Shown here one piece after another: positions 26,496-40,320 of a DNA stretch of 64,000 nt (the stretch's first letter is position 1; the number at the start of each line of letters is the position of its first letter). Source of the DNA: Massalongia carnosa (Eukaryota); contig OZ287068.1 of NCBI GenBank assembly GCA_965645245.1, forward strand, positions 3,286,001-3,350,000, in the 5' to 3' direction. The notes below the pieces were generated by a model. That model saw nothing but the letters and a program-made list of their open reading frames with translations. It was not told the DNA's origin and made no database searches. A program made the position numbers and the translations under genes.

Positions 26496-27349
26496 CTACC
26501 TCCTGCTTGTTCGGCTTGCCTATCTGCTTTAACAACAAGCAAGTAAACAAACTCAACAGCAGATAAAAACCCCGATGAACGAACGATGGCTAGATACTCC
26601 GTGTATATACAGGTAGCGCATGTACGTAAACCGGATTATGACGTTCGCTGGGTAGCTGTGTATGTATGTATGTCTGTATATGCAAGTGAGTGAGAAAATA
26701 ATTCGATTGATTGATTCTTTTATTGAAGACTGTTTTTGTTGTCGAGAGGGGTTTCATTCTCCCATTTTTACTTGACATATTTTACGCAAGTAGGTTATGT
26801 ATATCTGGTTGATTGATTACCACTTTCTTCTGCCCCTTTCTCCTGCCCCTTTACCTCCCTTCCCACTATCCCGACCTTCATCCCCTCCCCTTTTCATTCC
26901 CTTTCAAATCGGCAGATCGTACCACATCGCATCGCACCGGATCGAGCCGGACCTTGGACCTTGGATAGAGATCCTCGCATATATCGAGATGATAGAAATA
27001 GAAGAAAGGGAGGGGGGGGGGGTTGATTGGCGAAGGAATATGTGGGAAAGGGAAGATTATATAACTGGGGGGGGGGGGGAATCTGGGTGAGGAGAAGATG
27101 GAAAGGGGAGCGGGGACGAGAACTTCGGTTTAGATAGATAGATAGATATTTGCATGCGTGTTTTTGGGGGGGAGGGGGGGAAGAGTGAGGGTGGGAAATG
27201 GGGCGCGGATGAAATTGAAAGGGGAATGGAAGTGATTAGAAGTGCGTGGATAGTAGATCAGGTTAGCTTTCTCTTAGGACAACCCAAGTAGATAAAATCA
27301 CCCACCCATCTCTAGACCCCATCCACCCCCATCCCGCCAAGGAAACTCA

Positions 27350-28471
27350 TCAAGCAAAAAGCACTCCATCGCTCAACTCATCCCTCTCCCTCTCTTTGCC
27401 CTCCCCGCTCATCAACCCCAATTCGCCCTTCCGGCCCTTGCGGTCTACGCCCTGCGCCGCGCGGGCATTGTACCGCCCAGCCTTGCCCAGCCGCAGCTCA
27501 CTGCGCAGCTGGTTCGGGCTGACGAATTCCTTGTTCTCGTAGATGACGGGGCCACCGAAACTGGATTCTAGGATCACGATCGGGGTGAGGACGAAGCGGG
27601 GGCCGATTTCGACGAGGGATAGTTTGGTGTCTTTGTTATTGAGGTCGGGATGGAGTTTTTTGGACGAGGCGGAGGGTTTGGGGGTTTGGGAATCGGGGTC
27701 GGCGGATGCGGATGCGGAGACTTTGGACGGGGCGGTTTCGGAAATCTGGAAGCAGCGGATCCAGATCTTGCCGTCGGCGAGGGTGAAGCCCATGACGTGA
27801 TCGACAAAGGGTTTTGTTTTGCGGGCGCCTTTGGGCACGCTGAAGATGTGGGTTAGGAGTTCTCGGATGACGAGGAGGTGCGGGGCACTGTCGAACTGGG
27901 GGGAGAAGGAGAGGATAGGGCGCGAGCCGCGGAGGCAGTTCCCGGGGAAGTGAAGTTCGGACATCGTGTGGACTGATCTCCAGGGAGGGAGATGTCAGTT
28001 TGGCTGTTCTTTACTTATGATCTAGAGGTGGGATGGGATGATGATGATTTGGGGGGTAGATACGGTTTTGGAGGTGCATTTTGACAGTTGGACCATTGGG
28101 AGCTTTGCTCATCCAGATATACAGATCCTTGCCCTTGCGCGCCTCGAAGAAGAGTACATTATTGCAGTTGTACAGCTCCGCCAGCTCGTTCAGTTGGTAG
28201 AGTTTGGTTTTCGTGTCGAGCTTAGCGTCTTTGCGGCTATGGGGGAGGAGCGAGTAGAGGTCATTGAGAAGGTGACGATGTCTGACATAATGGGAAGCGC
28301 GGATTAGATATTTTGTGAAGGTGCTAGGGAATCGAGCATAGGGTGGCTATACCGGTAAGTGACGCCTCTCGAGCTCAGGATTAGGACTCTTTGCTTAGGT
28401 TTCTGAACGCCCGCAGCGCTTTCGGGTTTTGATTCATTGGTTTTCGAGAGCGACTTGTAAACCGTAGCCAT
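27350..28471 (-). CDS. BRX1: Ribosome biogenesis protein Brx1 (Brix domain), 3 exons
   Basis: 'MATVYKSLSK..KQRVLILSSRGVTYR', 'HRHLLNDLYSLLPHSRKDAKLDTK', 'HTMSELHFPGNCLRGSRPILSF', 'LVEIGPRFVLTPIVILESSFGGPVIYEN'. Confidence 0.96.
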
Positions 28472-31400
28472 AGTGTGATATTTAGACTATCTGCGACTGG
28501 AACACCGCTTGATTAGTTATAATAGTCGGAGGAGGGCGGAAAGATTCAATAAGAATTGTTGTGCGCTCTTGTGGCTGTCGGTAACTAACGTTAACTAGTG
28601 GCTAATTAAATGTGGCAGTGTAGCTTGCGTTTCGTGGCGTTAAAGCCATCGATAGCCGAGAAGAGCCTCATGTGTGGCGGCTAGCGCGCCTATGGAACCA
28701 TACCACTTTACAGAGTAATGAATCTTGCCAGGGAAGGTCGTCAACTTCAAGACTCAGAATGGCTAAACCTTCCTAGAGCACTGATTAGGAGATCTACTAT
28801 ATCTATGGAAAGCCCTAAAGCCTTACGAGGAGCTCACCCTAGCATACAAGGGCATACTTCATATATAGTACATAGTGCATGCCGTAGGTGGTACACTGCG
28901 TCAACCCTCTAGGCGATAGTTCTCTACGATAGCCGATTGATCAGATGACAAGGAACGCCATCTCTGAGTGAAAGGGAAGTATGTAATGGGGTGAAATCAG
29001 GTTTTAGGTTTTAGGTCCGGGATTGGGGGGTTAGGTTTCTGGTGATAGTAAAGCCCTCTTAAGGAGGCAAGCTAACTCGACTACTATCAATATTCAGAGC
29101 ATCAGAACCTAAGCCCATGCTAGCTTGAGATAATCATTTGCAAATGAGGTTGCTTTAAGTGTTATCATCTTCTTGTTCTCTATTGTGACAATGTTTTTCT
29201 TGACTCAAGTACACCTTTTCATCTATCTCGGTGAAGGGCGCTATCTAACGATATGTTAAACACTTCATACAGGGAAGCGACTACGAAGTATTTTTCTCGT
29301 TCTTTTGACGATAATCCCGGCTATATCCCGCATATATCTATCTTTATAGAACTTGAACGTATGCACTGTCTTGTAATAATTGATTATCCGGATTATCGAA
29401 GCACATAACGTCAGACTAGTTAATTAGTTGTTGTTAGACAACGATTGAAAAAACAACAACAACAATAACGGCGGTTGGATTCGGACTTATGATTGAACTT
29501 TTCAAGCTCCTCCAGAGATTCCTCGATTCTCTCCTTAGTCCATTCGGACGCTGTCAAAGCAATTACCAGTTATTGCTTGCCTTTCGCATATTCATGCCCT
29601 TCGTGGTGGTCTGAAGTATTGAATAATGTTTGCATGATATAATATCATATATTTAGCCGGGTTTGTGTCTTTCGAGCATCTAGCCGTCTAATCTCGAATG
29701 TTATAGGCATTGTAATAGGAAAAATCGAGTCCTAAATGGATTTTGTACTCCCTAGCTCAATCCATTATAATTTCTAGAGTTACCTTAAGGCTCCAATAAT
29801 CTAGAATCTCCTGCCCTTCGCCTTTGAGTAAATCCAACCCCTATATTTCTATCTGTATGAAAGCTTGAGGTACTCCAGCCGCATATCATGAACCGCAACA
29901 TCTGCTCATAGAAGAACCCCGAGGTCATAAGTCGACCCCCACAAAGCCGGTAATGTTTAGTTAGACACTCTGAAGCCAGCCACCTCCAAACAAGAAGTTG
30001 TAGTAATTCGGCTAGGGCGAAAGGTAATGCGGGGACCGAGCGGGAAGTAGGCTGTGGGTAGCCGACGAAGGCGAAGGTCGAAGAGGGATGATGTCCAAAT
30101 AGCTGGACAAGGAGAGGAGAAAAAGGCATAACAAGGTGGCCTTTTGGCCCTTCTCTCCTCATCATCGTCATTGATTCGGAGTTCAGCAACAAAAGGTCTT
30201 TTCCCACCCACCGAATCCTTAAACCAGCCGCATAGATAAATGGAGTTTTCCTCTTTACAGCTGCCAAAACAATGCCTTTATAGGAGCGGGCCTTAGCAAA
30301 ACCGAGCGCTAGTAGAACAGTAGCTAGGGGAGAGCTGCCTAGCCATAGATAGTAATTATATATATTCAGCCGACACGATGAGGCCAGCGGGTCACCAGTA
30401 AAATGATGTTAAGATTCGGATTGTTGCGAAGCATTCCTTCTCGAAATGTTGGAAACATTAAGACATCATATTTTCTATAAAAACCCCTTTCCTCCAGCTG
30501 TGGCAGAATACCCCTTTCCTTAGCCGTGCCGAAACATCACGACCAGTGTTGGCTGGGAGGTGTCTTTGATTTTTCTGGTGGCGTTAGTGATATAGGACAC
30601 AAATCTTTCCAAAAGGTTCTTTTCCTTGAACACTAGTTACGTTCTCGATTTATTTCTCTATTCCTTCGTTTAGCACCACTCTTCGATCGCTTGAACTAAG
30701 ATCTCCATGCGTGAATTTTTTATATTAATTCAAAAGCCGCTCGAAAGAAACGCATGACATTCAACACTATTTCTGGCGGTTCCTCGAATAAATGATAAAG
30801 TAAACGGAAATCCGAAATCCGAGAAGAACCAGCCGTCGTTCACAGGGCTTGCATTGACTTGATAATCGTTCGGGTTACAAAGCAGCAAAAATAGCAGTGA
30901 TGAGAGAAGGAGATTTAGAGTGAAAAGCCCGGCTCTTTAATCCTGCCAGCGGCTCTTCGAGGTTCTTCCCAATAACTATCCTCCGTCTTTTACGGTCTTG
31001 AGCAACTCATTTGTAGTTCTTGGAAGATAGATCATATCTTCTTCTTGAGACGTGGGGACAAAAAGGAGAAAAGCAAAAAAAAAGTTGATTCGATTTAGCT
31101 GCATGGAGTGATGGGTAAGCCGGACTTCAGGACAAGGACCAGAGCAATATGCCAAATTAGAGGGTGGGTTAGAAAAAAAAGAAAAGAGCGAGAAGATAAT
31201 TAAGAGCAAATGTACGAGTTAGTGGGCGAGCTAGAGACGAAAATGAGGAGCAAAGGAAATCTAGCAATGTATTGTGATAGTTAAGCCTATTCGCAAGCAG
31301 GAGTGAAGAGAGAAATCTGGTGTGAGCCTGGTGGGATTTGCTGGAGCTGACAGAAAGGACAAGGAGCATTTTGCAACAAATTTTATGGGGTTTCGAGGAC

Positions 31401-34265
31401 TTGAACGTGATTTCCTTTCTAATCAATGAAAGGCGATATTTCTAGCATTTAATGCAGCCGTAATGACCAGTTTTCTCAGCATATACGGAGTAAATGCAGT
31501 CGCGATTACTACTTACGCCACAACCCGGTTGAGGGTGACTCCCCCTTTAGTGTGCCTTCCTACCTACCTGTTCCTCATAACCCCGTCTCCCTTTTTCCCC
31601 TGCCCTCAACCCCATCAGTTCCAGTCTATCGTATACCTTACCTTTGCTGGTTTGTTGAACTTTGTCTTGGGAGGTTGGTAGGTTGGGAGGTTGCGATGTT
31701 GAAAGTAGAGCGAACGGGGATTAAGAGTAAGTTAGGAGTAGGCTTGATTATTTGGAGTTGGGTGGAGTGGATAACTGGTAATTTCGGTATGGCGCTAGTC
31801 TAGATCAGAGTTTCCAGTCTTTTGTCAAATCAAACTTTTGGGCGCAATTCTTTCGTCGCCTGAGTTAACATTGCCGCATTCCCCGAGCCATCATAATCAA
31901 AAACACCAGGTCCTGGGATTGACTGATGCGATCAGACTCTTTCATTCATGAATTGATCAATTGTGTCGTCTATCGAGACGATTTGATAACTTGGGGATAA
32001 TGAAGCACATTGAGGCAAAACATCCTGCGCGGTCCAGTTGAGTACTCTGGCTTGCGAATTGTCCGTCGTCGGAGCGAGAGGACTAAAATTGGAAACGTGA
32101 GCTAGATAGGATGGCAAGATAGCAAGAGCAGGAATAGGAAACCAGGCTGAAATGTAGCGCCGGACGGGTTGAGCTGATGGCTCTTTGGGGAGATAAATCA
32201 GCAAGACGAGGACGATGGCCTGGTAATCACAGAAAGCAAGGTTCATGAGCGAAAGCTTTGGGGAGAAAGAAACACGATAGAGCGTTTGCAGAACAAATCC
32301 GGCGAGGGCCCGTGAAAGGACCGATCTAAGCGTACCCTCCATGACTGATTTCGAGGATGGGCGAGTTACACCATACAGTAGCCAGTCTAGGTCGTGCTTC
32401 TGCTGTGGGTCAGGGAGGGGAAGATACGCAATACGGGCTTTGCTTGGTGGGCTTGTAAGAACTTTGATGTTCTCTCTTGCTCAATCGGTTCTGTCCAAAA
32501 CGTGCCGGCGTAGTCGTAGTTCCGTCGTGGCCTAGGCCATGAAATCGATAAATGGCTTGAATGCTGTATTGCAATGAAGCCCTTCTAATAAGCATAAGAC
32601 GATGACGATGACCAGAGCCAGCAGTTGTTATTGAACCATATTCAGCATCGTGGCTTATTCTCACAAACTTCTTGAAATTCTAAGTTGTTTACTCTTGTAA
32701 TTCTTCTCCTGTTCACTTTTCATTCCTCTCTTATTCTGAGGTGAGAAACTTACCTGGCTTGGTTTTCCCTTTTCATTTGCTGATTTTATCTTGCGTTGAG
32801 GTCTCCTTGACCAAGTCTTTCCTCCCTGGTTTTTCATTCTACCTTCCTTATGGATTTTCTTATCAACCTCTCTCTCGCGCGCGGTATTTGGGGGGCTAGA
32901 TTGAAGGATTAGATGTTATGCGCGAAGTAAGGGGGTTAAGGTAAGCGAGCGAGCGAGCAAGTGAGAGCTTCTTTCTGCGGGAGGCGAGATAGGAGGAGAG
33001 GGCAATGGATAGGGAATTTGAGAAATAGGGATATGGGTGCTTGGGGTTTTTTTCAGACGGCTTTTCGAATGGAGCTTGCCATTATTATATAATTATTTTA
33101 GTTTCTTTTCATCTACTGCTCGGGATCGGGCAACGGGCTTCTCAGTATTTCTAAAACGAACGATGCTTCCTCGCAGCCTTGGTTCTACATGAATAATATC
33201 AAGCGGCCCTTTCTTTATTCTTACCCTCGCTCCCGTTGGAAGCTGATTTTGGAACCGCAACACCTACCAGTTTTGGGAAGCGCCGGTCTCGAGACTCCGT
33301 TCTTGCCAGCCCCAACCACCTAGCTCCGGTCCACCAATAACCTACCTAGAGGTCCATCATGCCATGGTCGACCATGTCCCACCTATGAGCTTGTCTACTC
33401 CGGTAGCATATTACCCCGAAGGAACATGTGAGTATCTAACGACAATATGGTTCTAGTTTTCTTGTGATTGACCGCTAAAGCGTTTATCGTTCAAGACATA
33501 ACGTTTGGTGTTGGCGTGGGAGGAAGGGGGCTTGATGTTAAAAGTTGGAAGTATCTTTGTTTGGGATTTGGTGTGTTAGAGAAGGGGGCGGGCGGGTAGG
33601 GATTAGGGATAGGTGGGGGGATGGGGGGGGTTGGGGGATGGATGGCGTCGGGACTACTGTAGATGGGTTACTGGCCTGACTGACTATACGTCGAGGTATC
33701 TATGCATTAAAGGGGGTTGCATTAATGAGTAACAGACTTTCTGCCTAAGCTTCAGGTAGAGTATAAATTCCGCCGACTCGCAGGTCTCCTATGCTTTCGA
33801 AAATAGGTAGCATGGTTCCCTCTCGCTCGTTTCCTCTACAAGGCGTTAAAAATCGCTTTTGAAGAAATTATACTTATTTGTGAGAAAACGAGAAAGATTT
33901 GGGCTTTCGAAAGTTTGCGGATTTCCCAATCTGAGAGAAAAGAAAAAGTTGACGGGAATCAAGAAAATCATAAACCGTTGAACAGATAATTCCACCCTCA
34001 GCTACGAGATCGTATACCTCTCAGACCCTCCCATTCTCGGATCGTGGAGGCCTTTATACAGAAATATATCCAAGGAATAGATATGCTGGCTGGCGGACTA
34101 GCTTCAAAGGGAGACTCAAGTTAAACTGCCGCATCCAGAAAAGGGGCAAAAAACCACAGATTTACACGATTAAATTGCAACCGACGGTCTTCCGATCACC
34201 GACTGTTTTATATTTGTACGGGAATTAGAATTGATTTAGTAGATGAGAGTCAAAACACACCACAG

Positions 34266-37200
34266 CTAAGAACCGTAAAAAGAAAAGCACCAGGTCAGCA
34301 ATCGTCCTATCAGTATTGAACTCTTCACAAAGGCACTTACTCGAAATGAACATGGAAGGGGGTCCACGGCCTTGATGTAGGAAATATGGCAAATGGATAG
34401 GTAAAGATTATAGGATTGCGGGTCGCAATTGTTCGGTTTGACGCAGAGGCAGTCTTTGTAGTCATCGGTGTAGCGGCCGTTGACGCCGTCACAGATCCCA
34501 TGAGAGCAACTATTCGACTTCTCGCCGTAATGGCCGGGTGTTTCTGCGTCCGGCTCGCAGGCGCATCCCTTTGTCTTACCCTGACAAACCCCTGCGCTGG
34601 AACCCTTCTTGCCCGTCTGGATCCCGGCGCAATTGCCAGTGCTGACGCAAAACCCAGAGGTGCTGGTATCGACGGTATAGGGACACCTAAAGAATTCTCC
34701 AATGCATGATCTGGTGCTAGAGCTGCATGAAGGCTAGGGAGGACATTTCGTGATACCTAGCGGTTTGGACATAGCTCTACCGGGGTATCCTTTGGTTGTC
34801 CCCCGGGCATTTTGCTTTTATATCGGGGGTGCAAATACCGTTGCAGCCGTTATCATTGCATTCTATGGCCGAGCTTTTGCAGCAGAGCTGGCTCGCTTCG
34901 TCCAGCAAGACTTCGATCTCAGGGCGGCACACCAATCGCTCCCGTAGATTGAAAAAACCCGTGGCAAACGTGATGGCCCCTTAGGAGAATGGATATTCGC
35001 AACCGGGATAAAAACTAATGGGTTTCGGTACGAATTAATATACGTGATCAGAGAAACATTCCTTTCTAGCCTAAGGACGGCATTAGCCCCAATCCTGGCG
35101 ACTATATGTCCGCCGAGAACGCACTCATTTTGGCTTTTTTTGCCTCAAGAAAAAATTGCAACCGTTTGTCGTAGAGACCAACACAGGTAGCTCCCAGATT
35201 CCAGATTCAGAGTTACTATGTAGCTAAGATAGTCATCGATTGCAGCCCTGAAAAATGGTAGGAAGTACTGGCTAATAAGTTGAGACTGGAGCGGGGAAAT
35301 CAAGTACAGAACGGAGCGTATGCGTTGATCAACTGCGATGAAACCCGCTTTGATGTCAGAATCATTCATGTACTGAAATACTACGGAGCTGGTGTAGCAC
35401 AATCCTAAACCCGAATCCCGGCATAGGGATTTAGAGTTCCCCGGCACCAGGCGCTGAGAATTTACGTTGGATTCATCAGCGAATTTAGTCGCAGCGAAAC
35501 CCTAGAATATTGGACCTACCTTCAGGCGATTAGCATCCTTTCGCAGAATGAACAACTCGGTTGTAATAGCATTGGAAGAGAATGCTTGACCTAGGCAAGC
35601 CTAGGCGTAACATCTTCGAACCAAAATATATCAAACATAGACTGGACGGTTGAGCAGACAACGGAACCCAAAAAATTCATTTGAATCATGAAAGATGCTA
35701 AAAAGCGTAGCTCGTTGACATGCTCGGCTAGAAGACATCATGTTAATATCGAACACGGATGTCTTTGTGAAAGAAATGTAAGGCTCATGTCGAATAACTT
35801 GCTATCATATGCCCTGCGCGGCTTGGTTTGATAACCAGCGAAACTGGAAGGTAGTACTACCAGCTGTGCTGTTTGTCAGCTTATCATACAGATTCCAAAT
35901 CTTGAGCACCTCACATACAATATGGGTTCATTATCTGGCGCAAAGTCCAATCTGCGTACTTCCTGCTCGGGAAATTCGTATGGGCAGGTCCGGAACTTCC
36001 AGCACTATCTTAGTCCCCGGCTTGATATGAAAATCTATTCCGGGCGCCATCACAGCATGCTCCCTTAGGACTTGGAGTGAACCAAATGTCAAAGCTGTTC
36101 TTAATAGCAGAGTTATTTCGTAATGTATCAGGCCCAATCCCAATTCTAGTTACAATATTGGTGAAGAATCGAGGGGATATTATTCAGGCGACAGTCTTCT
36201 CCATTCAAATTCTGGGTCTGTTGCTGCCAGCTCATCATCATCTGGTAACTCTAAATCTTCATTAGGCTTAACTTCACACAATTCTTGGTCTTTATCCTTG
36301 TTATCTTTTTCTCATATTATGCTTCAGCTCTTAACTTGCGAGCTCAGCTGAATGATAGTTGGCTCATCTTCGGACCAAAGGGACAGCTTGGCAATTAGAT
36401 CTTCAAGTTGTCCAGCCATATTGCTGGTTAAAGCCGTATCAAGCACGGAATCAGCCGAGTTATAAGTCGGCCCAGAATCACCGCTAAGAAAAAGGCTATT
36501 TAATTGCGGTGTATCTAATAGAAGGTCAAGCTCCTGTAAAAGGGGTTAACTTAACACATTCATCACATGGTTTTACTGGCTTCGATACTAGTAGAGAAAA
36601 GCTAGGGTCACATAACCGAAGGTCTCGTTTTTTCGCAGCACAGATTAGCAGGCGAACGTAAAGAACAAGGCCGAAGAAAAGCTAGAAAACTGTAAGCCTA
36701 GTACGTTTACGCTCGCGACCATGTCAAGCAGCTAAGCCGATATATTAGATACCTGGATGGCTCTGATAGTTGAAGTCTCGGCTTCTGCCAGCGCACGGAG
36801 GACTCGCAAAGCCAGGAGTCATCCCGATCAACGGAGGGAAGATGAGCAAGCATATGTAGAAATCATTAGTTTTTGTCACAAATAGCTCTGTACGGTATGT
36901 TCAGCCCTTTGGTAACGTTTTTCATATTAGACAATTCGACTAGTCTCTCGACCGAATAGAATACCCTCCAAACAGATGATGGAACTTTGCTATATACCGC
37001 TGAGTTTATTAAACGATCTAGAGCACTAATAGCGTCACGGCTTGTTTGTCCATCATAGTAGGGGTTTCTCAAACTTTACTCATGACTAATGAGCCGTGCT
37101 CGTTATGTCTCTCGCTAGGGTTCTTTTTGGGTACATACGCAAGGAGACAAGCTGGATACTAAATGTGATGCGGAATCACTTTAATATTCTGGAAGGACCG

Positions 37201-38150
37201 AGCCTTTTCTGAAAGAGATAAACAGTCAGAAACATCTCCTTCCAGGCGTCCGTCAGCATTTATTACTTTCTTCCATATGCCCGTACGCGAATAACACACC
37301 CAGTCTGTTGGTTACATAACCGTGTGCGTATAGGATAATTTACATTATTCTGCTACCGTTACGCCGCAAAATTACAATATCAACTAATGTGTTCAAAATG
37401 GCAGAGCAAGCCCTGTTCCTTGGTGCTGTCTGGTATAGAAGCCCATGGCATCCATAGCGGAATCAGTTTTAGCGGGAGAAGCAAGTCTTTCAAGTTGTCC
37501 GGTTGTAATCAGAAAACAGTTCTCCAGCGCCATTCAGCCGTTGCCAAACAAGCTGATAAGAGAATGGTCAGGCAGCGAGGGTTAGATAGTGAAATGGGTA
37601 TCCTGCAAAAAAGTCAAGTACGATAGTCAGTCCACCTTAGGGGCTCCAACCCTTTTCTGTTAGATTAGATCTAGAATTCGCCTGTTGGCTCATAATTGTT
37701 GTCCCTGGTATTATATTTCAAAATCCCAAAGCTTTCTTATGGCTGTAGCTTTGTGACTGAGTGCAGCCTTCAGGGCAAAGAACCCTGCTATTAAGGATGA
37801 TAAGCTTGAATAGATTGAGGAAGGACACGTGGATAGACTTATGGTTCGTTGCTTGTAATCTATGTTGGAGGTGTCCTCGATCAAATAGGCACGCCGTGTT
37901 GTGGAGAAAGATTAGGAGGTAGCATTCGATGAATTGAGAACAAAAAATGTACGCTCACTATGGTACAACCTTTGGCGATGCTGTTTTGATACTCCCGATC
38001 GTGAGCGCCAGCAATAGACAGAGCAACTAGTTTGATCTTATTACTGCTCAGAACGACAGTATGATATCTTCTGTGCACTTATTTAATATGAGCATAGTAT
38101 GGCTGAAGAAATGCGTCTAACTCGATCCATCAACGGCCTTCCCTGGAAGA
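34266..38150 (-). pseudogene. Large decayed gene with C-terminal Cys-rich repeats; possibly a GH18 chitinase/killer-toxin-like relic
   Basis: Minus-strand fragments in order: 'YYAHIK' (~38085), 'VALSIAG' (~38015), 'MGFYTR' (37429-37446), 'AEHVNELRFLASF' (~35690-35727), 'VFQYMNDSDIKAGFIAVDQRIRSVL' (ORF 35145-35447), then Cys-rich repeats (34400-34900). Many stops; family assignment and ends are tentative. Confidence 0.35.
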
Positions 38151-38978
38151 GGTCGATGCAAGAGAATTAATCGTCTTTCAACCCTTTCCAAAATAATCTC
38201 AACGAAGAGATCCACAACATCTAAAACTAATGTGACTAATACTGTGGAGAAGTCGTAGGCTATATAAAACCATTGTAAACTGAGTTATCGTACCCATTTT
38301 TTCCTAGGAAAAGAAGTCTCCCCTCTGTGTAGACTTTGTTCTCGGAGAAACTGATGGGAGATTCGGGTTTGGAGAATCCTCCACTAGATATCCTCTTATC
38401 TTTAAGCTATTTGAGAAGTGCTTGCGATCTTGCTTTGGAGCCATTACTAAGGGAATAACAACTTTTCAATCTCAAGGCTCTCGTCCGCATCGACAAAAAT
38501 AACGGACTGATACTAAAATATAGGAGCAAAGGTTGCTTGCATTACAGATCTAGTAATATAACCGCGAGACAGAAGAGCCGGTGAATGCTTTAAGGGTTCG
38601 TAAAAGCAGATAAAGCGTTGCCGCTGTAGTTCATGTTTGCCATATATGCTGAATCTTGGCAGCTGACTCCCTAGGACTAGCCTATAATAACATGTGCAAG
38701 TCTGTTATCGTCAAGATAACTTTGTAACAAACGCACATTCTATAGACTAGAAATAAAAGAAGAACATAGATTCAAGCAAGATGATTTTTTTTGGTTCAAT
38801 TTGTAAGTTACTTGAAACATGTTTTGGTCTTTAACAAGCTATATCTTGACAACTAATAAGTGAAACTAGCGGCACCTTTAACAGCCTACCATTTTTTATA
38901 CCAGCTCTAGGCTATGGCAAAGGAATAGAATTCACAGCCTAAAGTCTTTCCATAACAGAGGCGTTAAGGGTCTTCTCT

Positions 38979-39762
38979 TTACGCGCCCATAGCCTGGCAG
39001 CCATATCCCATTTCTTTCTTATCGAAAGGGTTCATCTTAAAAACCATATTATATCAACACGCGCTCACAAGCATATTCGAAGACTTGAAAAAACCTACAT
39101 GAGTGTAAAGACAGCATGAGATTTTATCAACCGTGCACATTCTCGGAACCCCTGCATTGTTGATATTTCATATCAGTATCCGACGACAAATACGCTAGAC
39201 ATGGTTCAATCGATCAAAACATGCACAACCGAGAACAAATTTCGTTGATTGGTTTGGAGGAATCAAGACGAATGGAACACTAACAGAGATAACAATGCTG
39301 CCGTACATCCCCCGTGTTTGCCCAGCAACAATACGGCCTCGTCGGATCGCCCGTGAACTTGCTGTCTCCGCAATATGGACAAAAATCATCATCCTGTCTT
39401 GCGAAAATACTTCTCAGAAACGTCGAACCACCGAACGCGCCAGACTTAACAGAGGAGCATTTCGACTCGGCCTCCACGATTCCAGGGGTATTGGCCGGGA
39501 AATGGGCCCTGCTATTCGAGCTGGCGATCGTTGCCTCTGCATCTGTTAAATCGTTCAGGTTACTTTTGAATGCAGCCAAGGAATTCAGTTCTGAGTCAAC
39601 GAGAGAAAATGCATCATGTTGATCAGCTGTGTCATTGGCCTCTAAAGTAGCATCTTTAGCTCCGCCGAGCGCTGGCGCCAAGTCACCTTGTGCCTGTGGA
39701 ACGGGATTGGCACTTGCCAATTGTAAGATTGTGAAAAGAAAGACGCTAACGAGGAAATACAT
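38979..39762 (-). CDS. Secreted protein, 195 aa, with C-terminal hydrophobin-like C-CC-C-C-CC-C domain
   Basis: Exons 39762-39285, 39151-39099, 39035-38979 splice in frame. Signal peptide MYFLVSVFLFTILQLASA; C-terminus QDDDFCPYCGDSKFTGDPTRPYCCWANTGDVRQHCYLWVPRMCTVDKISCCLYTHMNPFDKKEMGYGCQAMGA*. Confidence 0.8.
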
Positions 39763-40320
39763 GGTGAAAGTTAGAATGAATTATCAAGGAAGACTTGGGA
39801 AGGGAAGAAGGATAGATTGGCGATGATAATTATAGCTCTTCATTTCGGATGCGAATGACGGGATGCATAGGACCGAACGGTTCTGTTGCAGAACGACACC
39901 AATCTTTCTCGCTACACCCCTATCCTCGAAAGACGCCTTACAGCGTTGCATTGTTCCTACAGACTTGATACCGATGTCGTGTGATTTAGGGTTCAGATTT
40001 GACCAAGAACAAGTACGGAAAGGATCAACGGTCACGTGTTCAGTCAGATTGGAATTTCCTGCTCCGTAATTTGCATCGCATCCAAAGGCCTTGAAACAAT
40101 TCCCAAAATTCTTCTCTATCGAACAATCAATGGTGATTAGACTTGGAGCAAATAAGTCTCCAAATGGCCAAAAACTGTGAGCTGCAGCTTAGGTCAAGTG
40201 ACTCTTCATCTGCAGTGTAACAAACTCCTTCCTCGCAGATCTCTGCAGCTCCCTCTCTTTATCCGTCTTCTTCTCTTTCTACCTGTTTGTTCTCCCAAAT
40301 TCATTACCAATGCTTCGAAA

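Noticed and set aside
26324..26566. ORF with LLSSP repeats
   Set aside because: Translation of the (CCTCT)n microsatellite.
28999..29040. Telomere-like GGTTTTA/GGGTTAGG words
   Set aside because: Only two to three degenerate units, not a TTAGGG array; compatible with chance.
29785..32664. ORFs of 130-160 aa (29785-30267, 31932-32342)
   Set aside because: Non-ATG or weak starts, no motifs, no supporting exons.
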